Below are positions 47,814 to 57,661 of a DNA stretch of 64,000 nucleotides, piece by piece. Each line of letters begins with the position of its first letter. Within the stretch, counting starts at the first letter, position 1. The stretch spans positions 38,236-102,235 of the forward strand of contig CAYZTZ010000001.1 of assembly GCA_964481255.1 (NCBI GenBank), written 5' to 3'. Source of the stretch: an uncultured Acidobacteriota bacterium (GTDB lineage: Bacteria; Acidobacteriota; UBA6911). The position numbers and the translations under genes are program-made. The notes beneath the pieces were generated by a model. That model saw only the letters and a program-made list of their open reading frames with translations, was not told the DNA's origin and did no database searches.

Positions 47814-48917
47814 TCACGTCCGGCCGCGGACCTGGCCGTCCAGCTTCTTCCGGGCCGCTTCCACCACCTGTTCCACCGTAATGCGCGTCATGCATCGGAA
47901 ATCCGTCGGGCATCGTCTCAAGAAGCAGGGGCTGCAGTCGACGGGCTGTTTCAGCACGGTCGCCTGAGGACTGAGGGGCCCGGTGGCGACCTCGCTTGTG
48001 GACCCGAAGATGGCCAGCTGGGGAACGTCCAGCGCCGCCGCCAGGTGCATAGGCCCGGAATCGTTCGTGATCAGCAGGCTGCATTCGCGGATCAATCCCA
48101 TCAGCTCCCCGAGCGTGGTGCGGCCCGCCAGGACCACGGACGGCCGGGCCATCTTCGCCGCAACTTCGTCCGCGACGCGACGGTCGGCGGCGGATCCGAA
48201 AATCAAAACGCGCGCCCGATACTGTTCCGCCAGGGCATCCGCCGCCCGGGCGTAGCGGTCGGGGAACCAGCGCTTGGCCTCGCCGTAATAGGCTCCGGGA
48301 TTCAGACCTATCACGATGTCCCCCGGGCGCACTCCGGCGGAGCGGAGAATGCCTTCGGCCGCGAGACGGTCGGCTTCCCGCACCCGGAGGCCGGCGCGAA
48401 GCGGTTGATCCGCGCGTTCCCACGGGCGGTCCTCGAGCAGGCCGGCGCCGGCGAGGATCCCCAGATAATAGTAGGCCTGGTGGAGGTCTCGCACCGCGGG
48501 ATCTATCCGGCACGCGTGCGTGAGAAGCCATCCCCGTCCGTCGCGCGCGTAGCCGATCCGGATCGGTATCCGGGCGCTCCAGGCGATCCACGCGGCCTCG
48601 AATGCGTTCTGCAGAAGGATAGCCAGGTCGAAGCGGCGGCGCTTCAGGTCGTACACGAGCCGCATGAGCCCCGACAATCCGCGGTGCGCGCCCCCCTTGT
48701 CGTAATCGAGGACCTCGTCCACGAATTCGGCCGCGGCGTAGATGTCGCGCACCCAGGGACGCACAAGGAGCGAGATCTTCGCCTCCGGGAACAGGCGGCG
48801 GATCTCGCGCATGGCCGGAACGGCGATCACGGAATCCCCGACCCAGTTGGTGCCGCGTATTAGAATATTCCGCGCGCCTTCTATTTTGCGAAACTTCACC
48901 GGCGTCCCTCCGCGCAA
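47814..48917 (-). CDS. waaF: ADP-heptose:LPS heptosyltransferase II (GT9 family)
   Basis: The N-terminal NILIRGTNWVGDSVIAVPAMREIRRLFPEA is the GT9 N-terminus, and the C-terminal TNDSGPMHLAAAL motif is also present. Confidence 0.75.
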   Translation of the reverse strand: MRGGTPVKFRKIEGARNILIRGTNWVGDSVIAVPAMREIRRLFPEAKISLLVRPWVRDIYAAAEFVDEVLDYDKGGAHRGLSGLMRLVYDLKRRRFDLAILLQNAFEAAWIAWSARIPIRIGYARDGRGWLLTHACRIDPAVRDLHQAYYYLGILAGAGLLEDRPWERADQPLRAGLRVREADRLAAEGILRSAGVRPGDIVIGLNPGAYYGEAKRWFPDRYARAADALAEQYRARVLIFGSAADRRVADEVAAKMARPSVVLAGRTTLGELMGLIRECSLLITNDSGPMHLAAALDVPQLAIFGSTSEVATGPLSPQATVLKQPVDCSPCFLRRCPTDFRCMTRITVEQVVEAARKKLDGQVRGRT

Positions 48918-49957
48918 GCCTTCAAGGCGGCCTCATAGGCGCCCGCCTCCCGGATCTCGGACGACTGAACCGATACCAGCAGGGGGAAATCCGGAGGTTC
49001 CGTTATCTTGACGGCGTCCTTTTCCGTGACGAGGATGGCGTCCGCCCCCTTTTTGCGGGCCTCCTCGGCGCAGAGCGTCCACTCCCTGCGCCCGATCCTG
49101 TGGTGGTCCGGGAAAAAGCGGGCGCCGCGCACCTCGATGCCGAGAATGCCGACATCGAGCCGGAAGCGCGCGGGATTCCCGATCGCCGCCGCGAGATATG
49201 CCGAGCGCACCGCGGAAACCGGATCGCCGTCTCCGGCGGCGCGGCTCCAGGACGCGAATGGGACGAGAGCCCGGATTCTCTGCCGGCAGTGAAAGACCAT
49301 CGCCTTGCAGCGGAGACGGCGAATCTCCTCTTCAACGGCCGCCGCGGCGGTCTCTTCGGGCGCCTCGTTGAGGACCACCGCGTGGCATCGGCGCAGAGCG
49401 TGCGGCGGTTCGCGGAGCGTCCCCCTGGGGAATACGCGGTCGGAGCCGAGCGGCCGGCTCGCGTCGAGGACGACGATGTCCAGGTCGCGGTGAAGGGCGC
49501 GGTGCTGAAAACCGTCGTCCAGAAGGAAAACCGCATCCGGAGCGTGACGGGCGATGAGACGGCCGGCCCCGTAACGGTCCGCGGAGACGCCCATCCACGC
49601 CGAAGGAACCCGGCGGCGGATCAGGGCCGGTTCGTCCCCGAGAAGGGAAGCGTCCCCATCATCCCCCCGGCCCGGAGGAAGGATGCGCGGCTGCCCGGGA
49701 CGATCCCTTCGGTAACCGCGGGTCAGCACCGCCGGCGTGTAACCCAGGGAGGAAAGGATACCGGCCGCATGGATGACCAGAGGCGTTTTCCCGGTTCCGC
49801 CCAGGGTCAGGTTGCCGACGCTGATCACCGGATTGGGCAGGCGGCGGCGCTTGAGCAATCCTGCGTTATATAGGCCGTTGCGCGCGCGGACGAGCGCTTC
49901 CCAGGCCAGGCCGGGCATCCAGAGCACGGGCGCGAGCGCCGGCGGAATCCTTTCCAT
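48896..49957 (-). CDS. lpxK: tetraacyldisaccharide 4'-kinase
   Basis: It has the LpxK P-loop VISVGNLTLGGTGKTP. The start is chosen at MERIPPAL. Confidence 0.8.
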   Translation of the reverse strand: MERIPPALAPVLWMPGLAWEALVRARNGLYNAGLLKRRRLPNPVISVGNLTLGGTGKTPLVIHAAGILSSLGYTPAVLTRGYRRDRPGQPRILPPGRGDDGDASLLGDEPALIRRRVPSAWMGVSADRYGAGRLIARHAPDAVFLLDDGFQHRALHRDLDIVVLDASRPLGSDRVFPRGTLREPPHALRRCHAVVLNEAPEETAAAAVEEEIRRLRCKAMVFHCRQRIRALVPFASWSRAAGDGDPVSAVRSAYLAAAIGNPARFRLDVGILGIEVRGARFFPDHHRIGRREWTLCAEEARKKGADAILVTEKDAVKITEPPDFPLLVSVQSSEIREAGAYEAALKACAEGRR

Positions 49958-50065
49958 GGCTCCACAGGGTAGCACAAAATCGGCCGGGCCGCGCCCCGCG
50001 GAATCGGATACCGGCTCCGGACGCCCGCCGCCGGGGCGTTTTTTTCTTGCGCCGCGGAAGAGGAT

Positions 50066-50100
50066 TTGTATAATTACTCATTGATTTGCATATTTATTGA
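50066..50100 (+). promoter_or_regulatory. candidate ARG-box operator/promoter upstream of argR
   Basis: The AT-rich imperfect palindromes TGTATAATTACTCA and TTGATTTGCATATTTATTGA sit directly before the argR SD and start. The call is by analogy with TGAAT..ATTCA ARG boxes. Confidence 0.3.
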
Positions 50101-50110
50101 GAGGTCGGCC

Positions 50111-50554
50111 ATGATCTCCAAGAAGGCGCGGCAGGCGAGGCTGTGGGAGACAGCCCGGAAACGGGAGGTCCGGAGCCAGGAAGAGTTCCTGGCCTTCCTC
50201 CGGAAGGAGGGTGTCGCCGTCACGCAGTCCACCCTTTCGCGGGACATACGGGATCTGGGACTGATCAAGGTCCGCGGCCGGTATCAGGTGCCCGGCGAGG
50301 GACGCCCGGGGCCGCCGGACGATATGCTGCGCCGCGCCCTGTCGCAGTTCGTCGTCCGGACGGGGATGTCGGGGAATATCGTCATGGTGCGGACCTCCCC
50401 GGGGAACGCCCATTCGGTGGCGGTGGTGCTGGACGCCGCCGAGTGGCCGGAGGTCCTGGGCACGGTGGCGGGGGACGACACGGTGTTCGTGCTCGTGCGG
50501 CAGGGCGGCTCGGGCCGAAGGGTGCTTGCGAGAATTCGGGAGTATTCGCAATGA
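50111..50554 (+). CDS. argR: arginine repressor
   Basis: The N-terminal winged helix is ARQARLWETARKREVRSQEEFLAFLRKEGVAVTQSTLSRDIRDLGLIKV, and the C-terminal oligomerization domain contains GTVAGDDTVFVL. Confidence 0.9.
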   Translation: MISKKARQARLWETARKREVRSQEEFLAFLRKEGVAVTQSTLSRDIRDLGLIKVRGRYQVPGEGRPGPPDDMLRRALSQFVVRTGMSGNIVMVRTSPGNAHSVAVVLDAAEWPEVLGTVAGDDTVFVLVRQGGSGRRVLARIREYSQ

Positions 50555-51576
50555 AGATCAGAGCGGGCGTTGTCGGGGTAAGCGGCTATTCCGGGCTGGA
50601 GCTTCTTCGGCTCATGGCGCGCCATCCGTTCATGGAGTGCGTCGCGGCCATGGACGCGGAAGAAATCGGAGAAAGGCCCCTGGAGGAAATCCATCCGTCC
50701 CTGCGCGGCCTATATTGCCTGGCGACTTTCCCGCCGAAAAAGGAGAGGATCGAGGCGCTCGGAATTGACACGGTGTTTCTATGCACGCCGGACAAGGTTT
50801 CCCACGCCCTTGTGCCGGAGCTTCTGGCGCTGGGACTGCGGGTGATCGATTTCAGCGGCGCGTTCCGCCTGAAGGATGCGGCCGCTTATCCCTCCTGGTA
50901 CGGCTTTCAGCACGCCCATCCCGCGTTTCTGGATCTGGCCGTGTACGGCCTGCCCGAATGGAACGCGGGCGCGATCGCGTCGGCGAAGCTGATCGCCAAT
51001 CCGGGATGCTACCCCACGTCCGTCCTTCTGGCCCTGCGGCCCCTGATCCAGTCCGGATTGCTGCAGGCCGGGTCGGATATATTCTGCGACTCCAAATCGG
51101 GCGTGACGGGGGCGGGACGGAGCGTTCGGCAGGAGATGATGTTTTCAGAGGTATCCGATAGTTTTCGTCCTTACAGCCCCATTACCCACCGGCACGTCCC
51201 CGAGATATGCCAGGAACTGGGCTGGGACCTGAAGGCCTTCACCTTCGTGCCCCATCTCCTGCCCATCAACAGGGGCATCCTTTCCACCATGTATGTCCGT
51301 TTTCATCGGCAGGTCCGTTCGGACGAACTGGCGGCGGAATACCAGAAGGGATACTCCGGACGCCGCTTTGTGCGGATCCTGGGCGATTCCCGTCTGCCCG
51401 AGCTGCGGGCGGTGAATCATACGAACTTTTGCGATATTGGATGGCGGCTGACGCACGGAGGGATGGGGGCCATCGTCTTTTCAGCCATCGACAACCTCGT
51501 GAAGGGGGCGTCCGGCCAGGCCGTTCAGAATTTCAACATCATGCACGCGCTCGACGAGAGCGCGGGCCTGCCGTAG
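50551..51576 (+). CDS. argC: N-acetyl-gamma-glutamyl-phosphate reductase
   Basis: The ATG overlaps the argR stop (ATGA). The sequence MKIRAGVVGVSGYSGLELLRL and the catalytic-Cys region NPGCYPTS are present. Confidence 0.95.
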   Translation: MKIRAGVVGVSGYSGLELLRLMARHPFMECVAAMDAEEIGERPLEEIHPSLRGLYCLATFPPKKERIEALGIDTVFLCTPDKVSHALVPELLALGLRVIDFSGAFRLKDAAAYPSWYGFQHAHPAFLDLAVYGLPEWNAGAIASAKLIANPGCYPTSVLLALRPLIQSGLLQAGSDIFCDSKSGVTGAGRSVRQEMMFSEVSDSFRPYSPITHRHVPEICQELGWDLKAFTFVPHLLPINRGILSTMYVRFHRQVRSDELAAEYQKGYSGRRFVRILGDSRLPELRAVNHTNFCDIGWRLTHGGMGAIVFSAIDNLVKGASGQAVQNFNIMHALDESAGLP

Positions 51577-51584
51577 GAGACACC

Positions 51585-52382
51585 GTGCGCATTACCGTGA
51601 AGCTGGGAGGGAGCATTCTGGAGGACGCCGGCGTCCGCATGCGGCTTCTGGAACAGGTCTCGAAGATCTCGGCGCTCGGCCACGAGATCCTTCTGGTGCA
51701 CGGGGGGGGAAAAAGCCTGAGCCGGCGTCTTGAGCAGCTGCGGATTCCCTCCCGGTTTGTGGAGGGTCTGCGCGTGACCGACGCCGAGACCCTGGGAGTG
51801 GCGGTGATGGTGCTCGCGGGCGAGGTGAACAAGAGAATTGTCGCGGAAATGAGCGGGCTGAGCATCCGGGCGGTCGGCATTTGCGGGGCGGACGCCGGCG
51901 CCGTCCGCTGCGTGCGCCTTTCCGATTTGGGGGGATACCCGGAAGATCTCGGTTTCGTGGGGAAACCGTCCGAGGTAAACAGGCCCTTTTTTGAAAGCCT
52001 TTTCGCCTCGGGACTGATCCCTGTTGTATCAAGCATCGCCCTGGGCCCGGATGCCGGGCTCTATAACGTGAACGCAGACCAGATGGCCGCGTGCTGCGCC
52101 TCGGGCACCGGGTGCTCCGCCCTGATCTACCTGACCGACGTCCCGGGCGTAAGAGACGAGAACGGGGCTGTGCTCCGGGACATCGGAGAATTTGAAATAC
52201 TGCAGATGCGCTCGCGGGGAATTCTCTCGGGAGGAATGCTCCCGAAGACCTCCTCATGCCTCGAAGCGCTCGCGGCCGGGGTGGCGTCGGTCTGGATACT
52301 CCCCGGCGCCGGCCCGGATGTGTTGACCGGGTTCATCGATGGGACTCTGACGGAAGGAACGCAGATTCATGGAAACCAATGA
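51585..52382 (+). CDS. argB: acetylglutamate kinase
   Basis: The GTG start lies 5 nt after AGGAGA. The sequence contains ITVKLGGSILED ... LVHGGG ... the amino-acid kinase family fold. Confidence 0.9.
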   Translation: MRITVKLGGSILEDAGVRMRLLEQVSKISALGHEILLVHGGGKSLSRRLEQLRIPSRFVEGLRVTDAETLGVAVMVLAGEVNKRIVAEMSGLSIRAVGICGADAGAVRCVRLSDLGGYPEDLGFVGKPSEVNRPFFESLFASGLIPVVSSIALGPDAGLYNVNADQMAACCASGTGCSALIYLTDVPGVRDENGAVLRDIGEFEILQMRSRGILSGGMLPKTSSCLEALAAGVASVWILPGAGPDVLTGFIDGTLTEGTQIHGNQ

Positions 52383-53616
52383 CGCGGCCCGGCTCAGACC
52401 GGAGGAGATACAATCTCTCGAGGAGCAGTTCCTCTTTCCCACCTATAAAAGGTCCGACCTTTTCTGCTCGCATGGTTCCGGAGCCTATCTTTACGATATG
52501 GCGGGCCGGCGCTATACCGATTTTCTGGCAGGCATTTCCGTCAATTCACTGGGCTATAACCATCCGCGCCTGGTCCGCGCCCTGATAGAGCAGGGGCAGA
52601 GGCTGATACATTGCTCCAATCTCTTCTATCACCCGTACCAAGGCCTCCTGGCCAAGCGTCTCGCGGGAGTTTCCGGCATGGCCAGGGTCTTTTTCACCAA
52701 CAGCGGAACGGAAGCGATCGAGGCCGCGCTCAAGATCGCGCGCGCTTACGGTCGCAGCCGGGGACGGGAAGACAAATCCTTGATCCTGACGCTCAGGAAC
52801 TCATTCCATGGGCGCACGTTCGGCGCCCTCAGCATCACGACGCAGGAGAAATACCAGGCCCCCTTCCGTCCTCTCGTGCCGGACGTCGAGATCGTGCAGG
52901 AATGGACGCGGGAGGCTCTGGAAAGGGCTTTTTCGGACCGGGTCTGCGCCCTGTTTCTGGAGCCGGTTCAGGGCGAAGGAGGCGTGGTCCCGCTTCCGGC
53001 CGATTTTGTCCGCGCCGGGCGCGAGCTGTGCGACCGCTACGACGCGCTTCTGGTCGCGGACGAAATCCAAAGCGGGCTGGGGAGGACCGGCCGGTATTTC
53101 GCTTTCGAACATTACGGGATCCGGCCCGATGTCTTGACACTGGCGAAGTCTCTGGCCGCGGGGTATCCCCTGGGGGCGGCGCTCGGGAACTCGCGGGCTG
53201 CGGAGTGCCTGAAACCGGGAGATCACGGCACCACGTTCGGCGGCGGGCCGCTGGCATGCAGGCTCGCCCTGGAGGTTCTCGATATCATCGAGGAGGAGCA
53301 TCTGATCGACAGGGTCGCGCAGTCGGGGGAATTCCTCGCGCGCGGGCTCCGCGGCCTCGCGGCGCGCCATCCGACCATGGGCGAGATTCGTGCGATGGGT
53401 TTGATGATCGGCGTGGAATTGGGCGGCGCGGCCAAGGAAGTCGTAAACCGCCTTTTGAAAAGGGGATTCATAACGAACGCGGCGCACGAAACCGTCCTGA
53501 GACTTCTGCCTCCCTTCGTTATTTCAAGAAGCGATATCGAGGAGTTCCTGGCCGCCCTCGACGGGGTTCTGAGCGAAATGGAATGCGCGAAGGAAACGAA
53601 GGAATCCCTGAAATAA
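52369..53616 (+). CDS. argD: acetylornithine aminotransferase
   Basis: It has a class III aminotransferase fold. The PLP-lysine region is DEIQSGLGRTGRYFAFEHYGIRPDVLTLAKSLAAG. Confidence 0.95.
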   Translation: METNDAARLRPEEIQSLEEQFLFPTYKRSDLFCSHGSGAYLYDMAGRRYTDFLAGISVNSLGYNHPRLVRALIEQGQRLIHCSNLFYHPYQGLLAKRLAGVSGMARVFFTNSGTEAIEAALKIARAYGRSRGREDKSLILTLRNSFHGRTFGALSITTQEKYQAPFRPLVPDVEIVQEWTREALERAFSDRVCALFLEPVQGEGGVVPLPADFVRAGRELCDRYDALLVADEIQSGLGRTGRYFAFEHYGIRPDVLTLAKSLAAGYPLGAALGNSRAAECLKPGDHGTTFGGGPLACRLALEVLDIIEEEHLIDRVAQSGEFLARGLRGLAARHPTMGEIRAMGLMIGVELGGAAKEVVNRLLKRGFITNAAHETVLRLLPPFVISRSDIEEFLAALDGVLSEMECAKETKESLK

Positions 53617-53627
53617 GGAGTCTTCCG

Positions 53628-54143
53628 ATGGCTGAGACAACCGAAACGGAGCCTGCGGCGACGATGTCCCACGGCCGGGCGATCCATGTCCGCAAGGCCC
53701 GCGTGAGCGATGCGGAGGAGATGTGCCGCATGATCAACTATTACGCGGACCAGCAGCGGATGCTGCCCAAGTCGCTGCTGCAGATTTACGAAAATCTCCG
53801 CGATTACAGCGTCGCGTTCGAGCCTTCCGTCCCGGATCGCCCGATAGGCTGCGGCGCCCTGCATATCTACTGGGAAAACCTGGCCGAGATACGCGCCCTC
53901 GCCGTGGCGCCCGAGATGACGCGGAAGGGGATCGGCCGGGCGCTGGTGGAGAAACTCCTGGAGGAAGCGCGAACGCTTGAAATCGAGCAGGTGTTCTGCT
54001 TCACCTACGAGCCGGCGTTCTTCAGCCGTTTCGGCTTTATCCAGGTGGAACATCGCGCGCTTCCCTTGAAGGTGTACAACGAATGCTTTCACTGTCCCAA
54101 ACTCACAAAATGCGATGAACTCGCCATGGTCCTTCAGCTATGA
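53628..54143 (+). CDS. GNAT family N-acetyltransferase, putative short-form N-acetylglutamate synthase (ArgA-like)
   Basis: This 171 aa protein has a GNAT motif (ALAVAPEMTRKGIGRALVEKLLEEA). It is embedded between argD and argJ and coupled to argJ (ATGA). Confidence 0.5.
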   Translation: MAETTETEPAATMSHGRAIHVRKARVSDAEEMCRMINYYADQQRMLPKSLLQIYENLRDYSVAFEPSVPDRPIGCGALHIYWENLAEIRALAVAPEMTRKGIGRALVEKLLEEARTLEIEQVFCFTYEPAFFSRFGFIQVEHRALPLKVYNECFHCPKLTKCDELAMVLQL

Positions 54144-55387
54144 GTCGAATGCGCGCGCAACGTTCCAGGGTTCGGCCCGAGGCCGAATGGCGTTTGATTG
54201 AAGGCGGCATTACGGCGCCCCAGGGATTTCTCGCCTCGGGAGTGTCGGCCGGAATAAAGAAAAAAGGTCTCGACCTCGCCGTCGTATTTTCCTCGCAGCC
54301 GGCGTCGGCCGCGGGAGTTTTCACGCTGAATCGGGTGCAGGCGGCGCCCGTTGTCCTGAGCAGGCAGAATCTGAAAACGTCGCGGGGCCGCGCCAGCGCG
54401 GTGCTGATCAATTCAGGGTGCGCGAATGCCTGCACGGGGGACCGGGGGATGCGCGACGCGCGCATCAGCACCCGGTGTCTGGCGTCGCATCTCCATGTGG
54501 ATCCATGCAGGGTCCTGGTGGCGAGCACCGGCGTCATAGGGAGCTTTCTGCCCGTCCCCAAGGTCCTGAAGGGAATATCGGCGGCCGTCAGCGCCCTGAA
54601 TTCGAGAGGCGGGAGCGCGGCGGCCCGGGCGATCATGACGACCGATACCCGCGAGAAATCGATCGCCGTGGAAGGGCGTATCGCAGGCCAAACCGTCCGC
54701 ATCGGCGGAATGGCCAAGGGGGCCGGCATGATTCACCCGCAGATGGCGACCATGATTTCCATCCTCACCACCGACGCGCAGATTCAGCCGGGAATCCTCA
54801 ACAGGGCCCTGCGCCACGCGGCCGACCGCACCTTCAACTGCCTGACCATCGACGGGGACACGTCCACCAACGACACCCTTCTCATACTGGCCAACGGCGC
54901 TTCCAGCGCCCCCGTCGCCGACCGCCGTTCCATCTCCTTTTTCGAGAACGGGCTTACGATGATCTGTGAAGAACTGTCCAAGAGCATAGCCAGAGACGGG
55001 GAAGGCGCCACAAAGTTCGTGGAGATACTGGTGCGGGGAGCGGCGGATTTTGAAAGCGCGCGCAGAGTGGCCAAGACGATAGCCCATTCCCCCCTGGTCA
55101 AGACTGCGCTTTATGGAGAAGAGCTCAACTGGGGCCGGATCCTGTGCGCCGTCGGATACAGCGGAGTGCCTTTTGATCCGGAAAGGGTTTCCTTAAGCCT
55201 CAACGGGATACCCGTTTTCCGGAACGGCTCGCCCGTCGGCTCGACCCGCTCGCGCGCCGAAAAGGCCATGAAAGACCGCGATCTCCAGATTGAGGTGGAT
55301 CTTGCGGGAGGGCGCTCCTCGGCCAGGGTCTGGACCTGCGATCTGAGCCGCGGCTACGTCGATATCAACGCAAGCTATATCTCTTAG
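54140..55387 (+). CDS. argJ: bifunctional glutamate N-acetyltransferase/amino-acid acetyltransferase ArgJ
   Basis: The N-terminus is ITAPQGFLASGVSAGIKK. An autoproteolytic ATML-type site is present as PQMATMISILTTD. Confidence 0.95.
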   Translation: MSRMRAQRSRVRPEAEWRLIEGGITAPQGFLASGVSAGIKKKGLDLAVVFSSQPASAAGVFTLNRVQAAPVVLSRQNLKTSRGRASAVLINSGCANACTGDRGMRDARISTRCLASHLHVDPCRVLVASTGVIGSFLPVPKVLKGISAAVSALNSRGGSAAARAIMTTDTREKSIAVEGRIAGQTVRIGGMAKGAGMIHPQMATMISILTTDAQIQPGILNRALRHAADRTFNCLTIDGDTSTNDTLLILANGASSAPVADRRSISFFENGLTMICEELSKSIARDGEGATKFVEILVRGAADFESARRVAKTIAHSPLVKTALYGEELNWGRILCAVGYSGVPFDPERVSLSLNGIPVFRNGSPVGSTRSRAEKAMKDRDLQIEVDLAGGRSSARVWTCDLSRGYVDINASYIS

Positions 55388-55636
55388 CTGGTTTCTGTCG
55401 TAAAGCCATTGATATCAAAAGATTTGCGCCGAACGTGTAAGTCGTCGGCGAAGTTTTTGAAGTCTGCACGCCTGTCTGCGCCTTCGCCCGGCGTTTATCG
55501 GCGGCGGCAAACTGCAGCAAAACAAGGCATAAGCAAGTCCGCGCACTCGACGGCTGCCTTTCGATCGTCATAAACAGATGTCCTGATATGTGTTTCGTCA
55601 TTCGCGCGCGGCGATTTGTGATGCGCTGTTTTGTCT

Positions 55637-55666
55637 TGACAATCCCCGGCACCGGTCTAAGATACC
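55637..55666 (+). promoter_or_regulatory. sigma70-like promoter of leuA leader (TTGACA-N16-TAAGAT)
   Basis: TTGACAATCCCCGGCACCGGTCTAAGAT was read directly. It lies 200 nt upstream of leuA and about 40 nt upstream of a candidate leader peptide. Confidence 0.45.
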
Positions 55667-55704
55667 GGAGTGCGCGGCGCGCGAACCCCGCGTGACATGT
55701 TTCT

Positions 55705-55767
55705 ATGAACATCTATAAGCCAGAGCGTTTTGACGCAATCTTTCATCTTGGAATCCTCCTCCTTTAA
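55705..55767 (+). CDS. candidate leu leader peptide MNIYKPERFDAIFHLGILLL
   Basis: This 20-codon ORF lies downstream of the predicted promoter and ends in ATC CTC CTC CTT TAA (I-L-L-L-stop), resembling Leu-codon attenuation leaders. No clear terminator hairpin was found. Confidence 0.3.
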   Translation: MNIYKPERFDAIFHLGILLL

Positions 55768-55866
55768 AGAAGAATAGCCTTGTTCCGCCGCCTTTTGCCG
55801 GGAAGCCGAGATCGTCGTTCCGGAATCAGGGCGGATCAATAAATCGATTGGCGAAAGGATTCAGCA

Positions 55867-57420
55867 ATGACAGACCGAGTACTCATATTCGACACGACAT
55901 TGAGAGACGGGGAACAGTCCCCAGGGGCCAGCATGACCATCCAGGAGAAACTGATGCTGGCGCGGCAGCTTGAGAAGTTAAGGGTAGACATCATTGAAGC
56001 CGGGTTCCCGATCTCCTCGGACGGGGATTTTGAATCCGTTCGGCGTATAGCCGGGGAAATCCGCACGGTCACCATCGCCGGACTGGCCAGGGCCAATAAG
56101 GGCGATATCGACCGTTGCTGGGAGGCCGTGCGTCATGCCGCAAAGCCAAGAATTCATGTGTTTATCGCAACATCCGATATACATCTAAATTACAAGTTAA
56201 AGAAAACAAGGGAGGAGGCGCTGGAGGAGGCCAGACAGGCGGTCCAATATGCCAAATCACTCTGCCAGGACGTCGAATTCTCTGCGGAGGATTCCACACG
56301 GTCGGATCTGCCCTATTTATGCAAGGTCGTGGAGGCGGTAATCGACGCTGGAGCGACGGTGGTCAACATCCCGGACACCGTGGGTTATACCTTCCCGACC
56401 GAATACGCCGAGCGGATCCGATACATCCGGGCAAATGTCCCCAACATCGGCCGCGCCATCCTTTCCGTCCATTGCCACAACGACCTTGGACTGGCTGTCG
56501 CCAACTCGCTGGTGGCCATTCAGAACGGTGTGCGGCAGGTCGAATGCACCGTCAACGGAATCGGCGAACGCGCGGGCAACGCCTCGCTCGAGGAAATCGT
56601 GATGACCCTGCGCACGCGCAAGGACCTCTTCGACGTGGAATCCGGGATCAATACGAGGGAAATCTATCCTTCCAGCGCCATGCTGACCAATCTCACAGGC
56701 ATGATGGTTCAGCCGAACAAGGCCATCGTGGGGCGAAACGCCTTTGCCCACGAAGCGGGCATTCACCAGGACGGGGTGATCAAGGAAAAGCTCACGTATG
56801 AGATCATGCGTCCGGAAGACGTCGGGATCAAGGAGAGCAGACTTGTAATGGGAAAGCATTCCGGGCGCCACGCGTTGCGTCAGCGTTACAAGGAGCTGGG
56901 ATTCGATCTGAGCGACGCCGAGCTGGAGAAGGCCTATGTCCTGATTAAAAAAGTCGCGGACAAAAAGAAGGCGGTCTACGACGAAGACCTGATCATAACG
57001 GTCCGCGATGCCCTGAGGATCGCAACGCCCGTGTACAAGATCAAGAACATCCATTCCATAGCCGGTAACCAGGTTATTGCCACGACGACCATCGTGCTTG
57101 AAAAGGAAGGGAAGACTTACACGGACTCCGCCACTGGAGACGGCCCGGTGGATTCCGCCCTGAAGGCGATCAACAGAATCACGGGGGTGAAGGGCAGGCT
57201 TGAGGAATACAGCGTCCACAGCGTGACGAGCGGAGGAGACGCCGTGGGCGAGGTGTTCATGAAAGTTGTCTTCGAAAAAGTCACTTTCATCGGCAGGGCG
57301 GCCAGCCTGGATATTGTCGACGCCAGCGCGCGCGCCTATTTGGACGCCGTCAACAAGATGATCCATTATCAGGAGGCCCTGCAGACCCAGAAAGGGGAGG
57401 ACCCGCCTCAGGCTGTTTAG
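55867..57420 (+). CDS. leuA: 2-isopropylmalate synthase
   Basis: The sequence contains RVLIFDTTLRDGEQSPGASM and the HCHNDLGLAVANSL TIM-barrel motifs, plus a C-terminal LeuA dimerization/regulatory domain. Confidence 0.95.
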   Translation: MTDRVLIFDTTLRDGEQSPGASMTIQEKLMLARQLEKLRVDIIEAGFPISSDGDFESVRRIAGEIRTVTIAGLARANKGDIDRCWEAVRHAAKPRIHVFIATSDIHLNYKLKKTREEALEEARQAVQYAKSLCQDVEFSAEDSTRSDLPYLCKVVEAVIDAGATVVNIPDTVGYTFPTEYAERIRYIRANVPNIGRAILSVHCHNDLGLAVANSLVAIQNGVRQVECTVNGIGERAGNASLEEIVMTLRTRKDLFDVESGINTREIYPSSAMLTNLTGMMVQPNKAIVGRNAFAHEAGIHQDGVIKEKLTYEIMRPEDVGIKESRLVMGKHSGRHALRQRYKELGFDLSDAELEKAYVLIKKVADKKKAVYDEDLIITVRDALRIATPVYKIKNIHSIAGNQVIATTTIVLEKEGKTYTDSATGDGPVDSALKAINRITGVKGRLEEYSVHSVTSGGDAVGEVFMKVVFEKVTFIGRAASLDIVDASARAYLDAVNKMIHYQEALQTQKGEDPPQAV

Positions 57421-57661
57421 GGCGCTCAGAATTGACGCGCGGAACCTCAATCGAAAAAGAAGGCCGCCGGTACCATTGAATACAGAATGACGAATGATGA
57501 ATTTCGAAGTTCAGTCCGGACTTCTGCGGTTCGACATCCTGCATCCGGCATTTCGCGGCATCATGTCCTGATTGCTTTCGGACAATGAGGAAAGACATAC
57601 TCCTTCATCGTCCAGTCTGATCCTCCCCGAAAGGGCCGAGGGATTTTCCAGCCTGTAGAAA

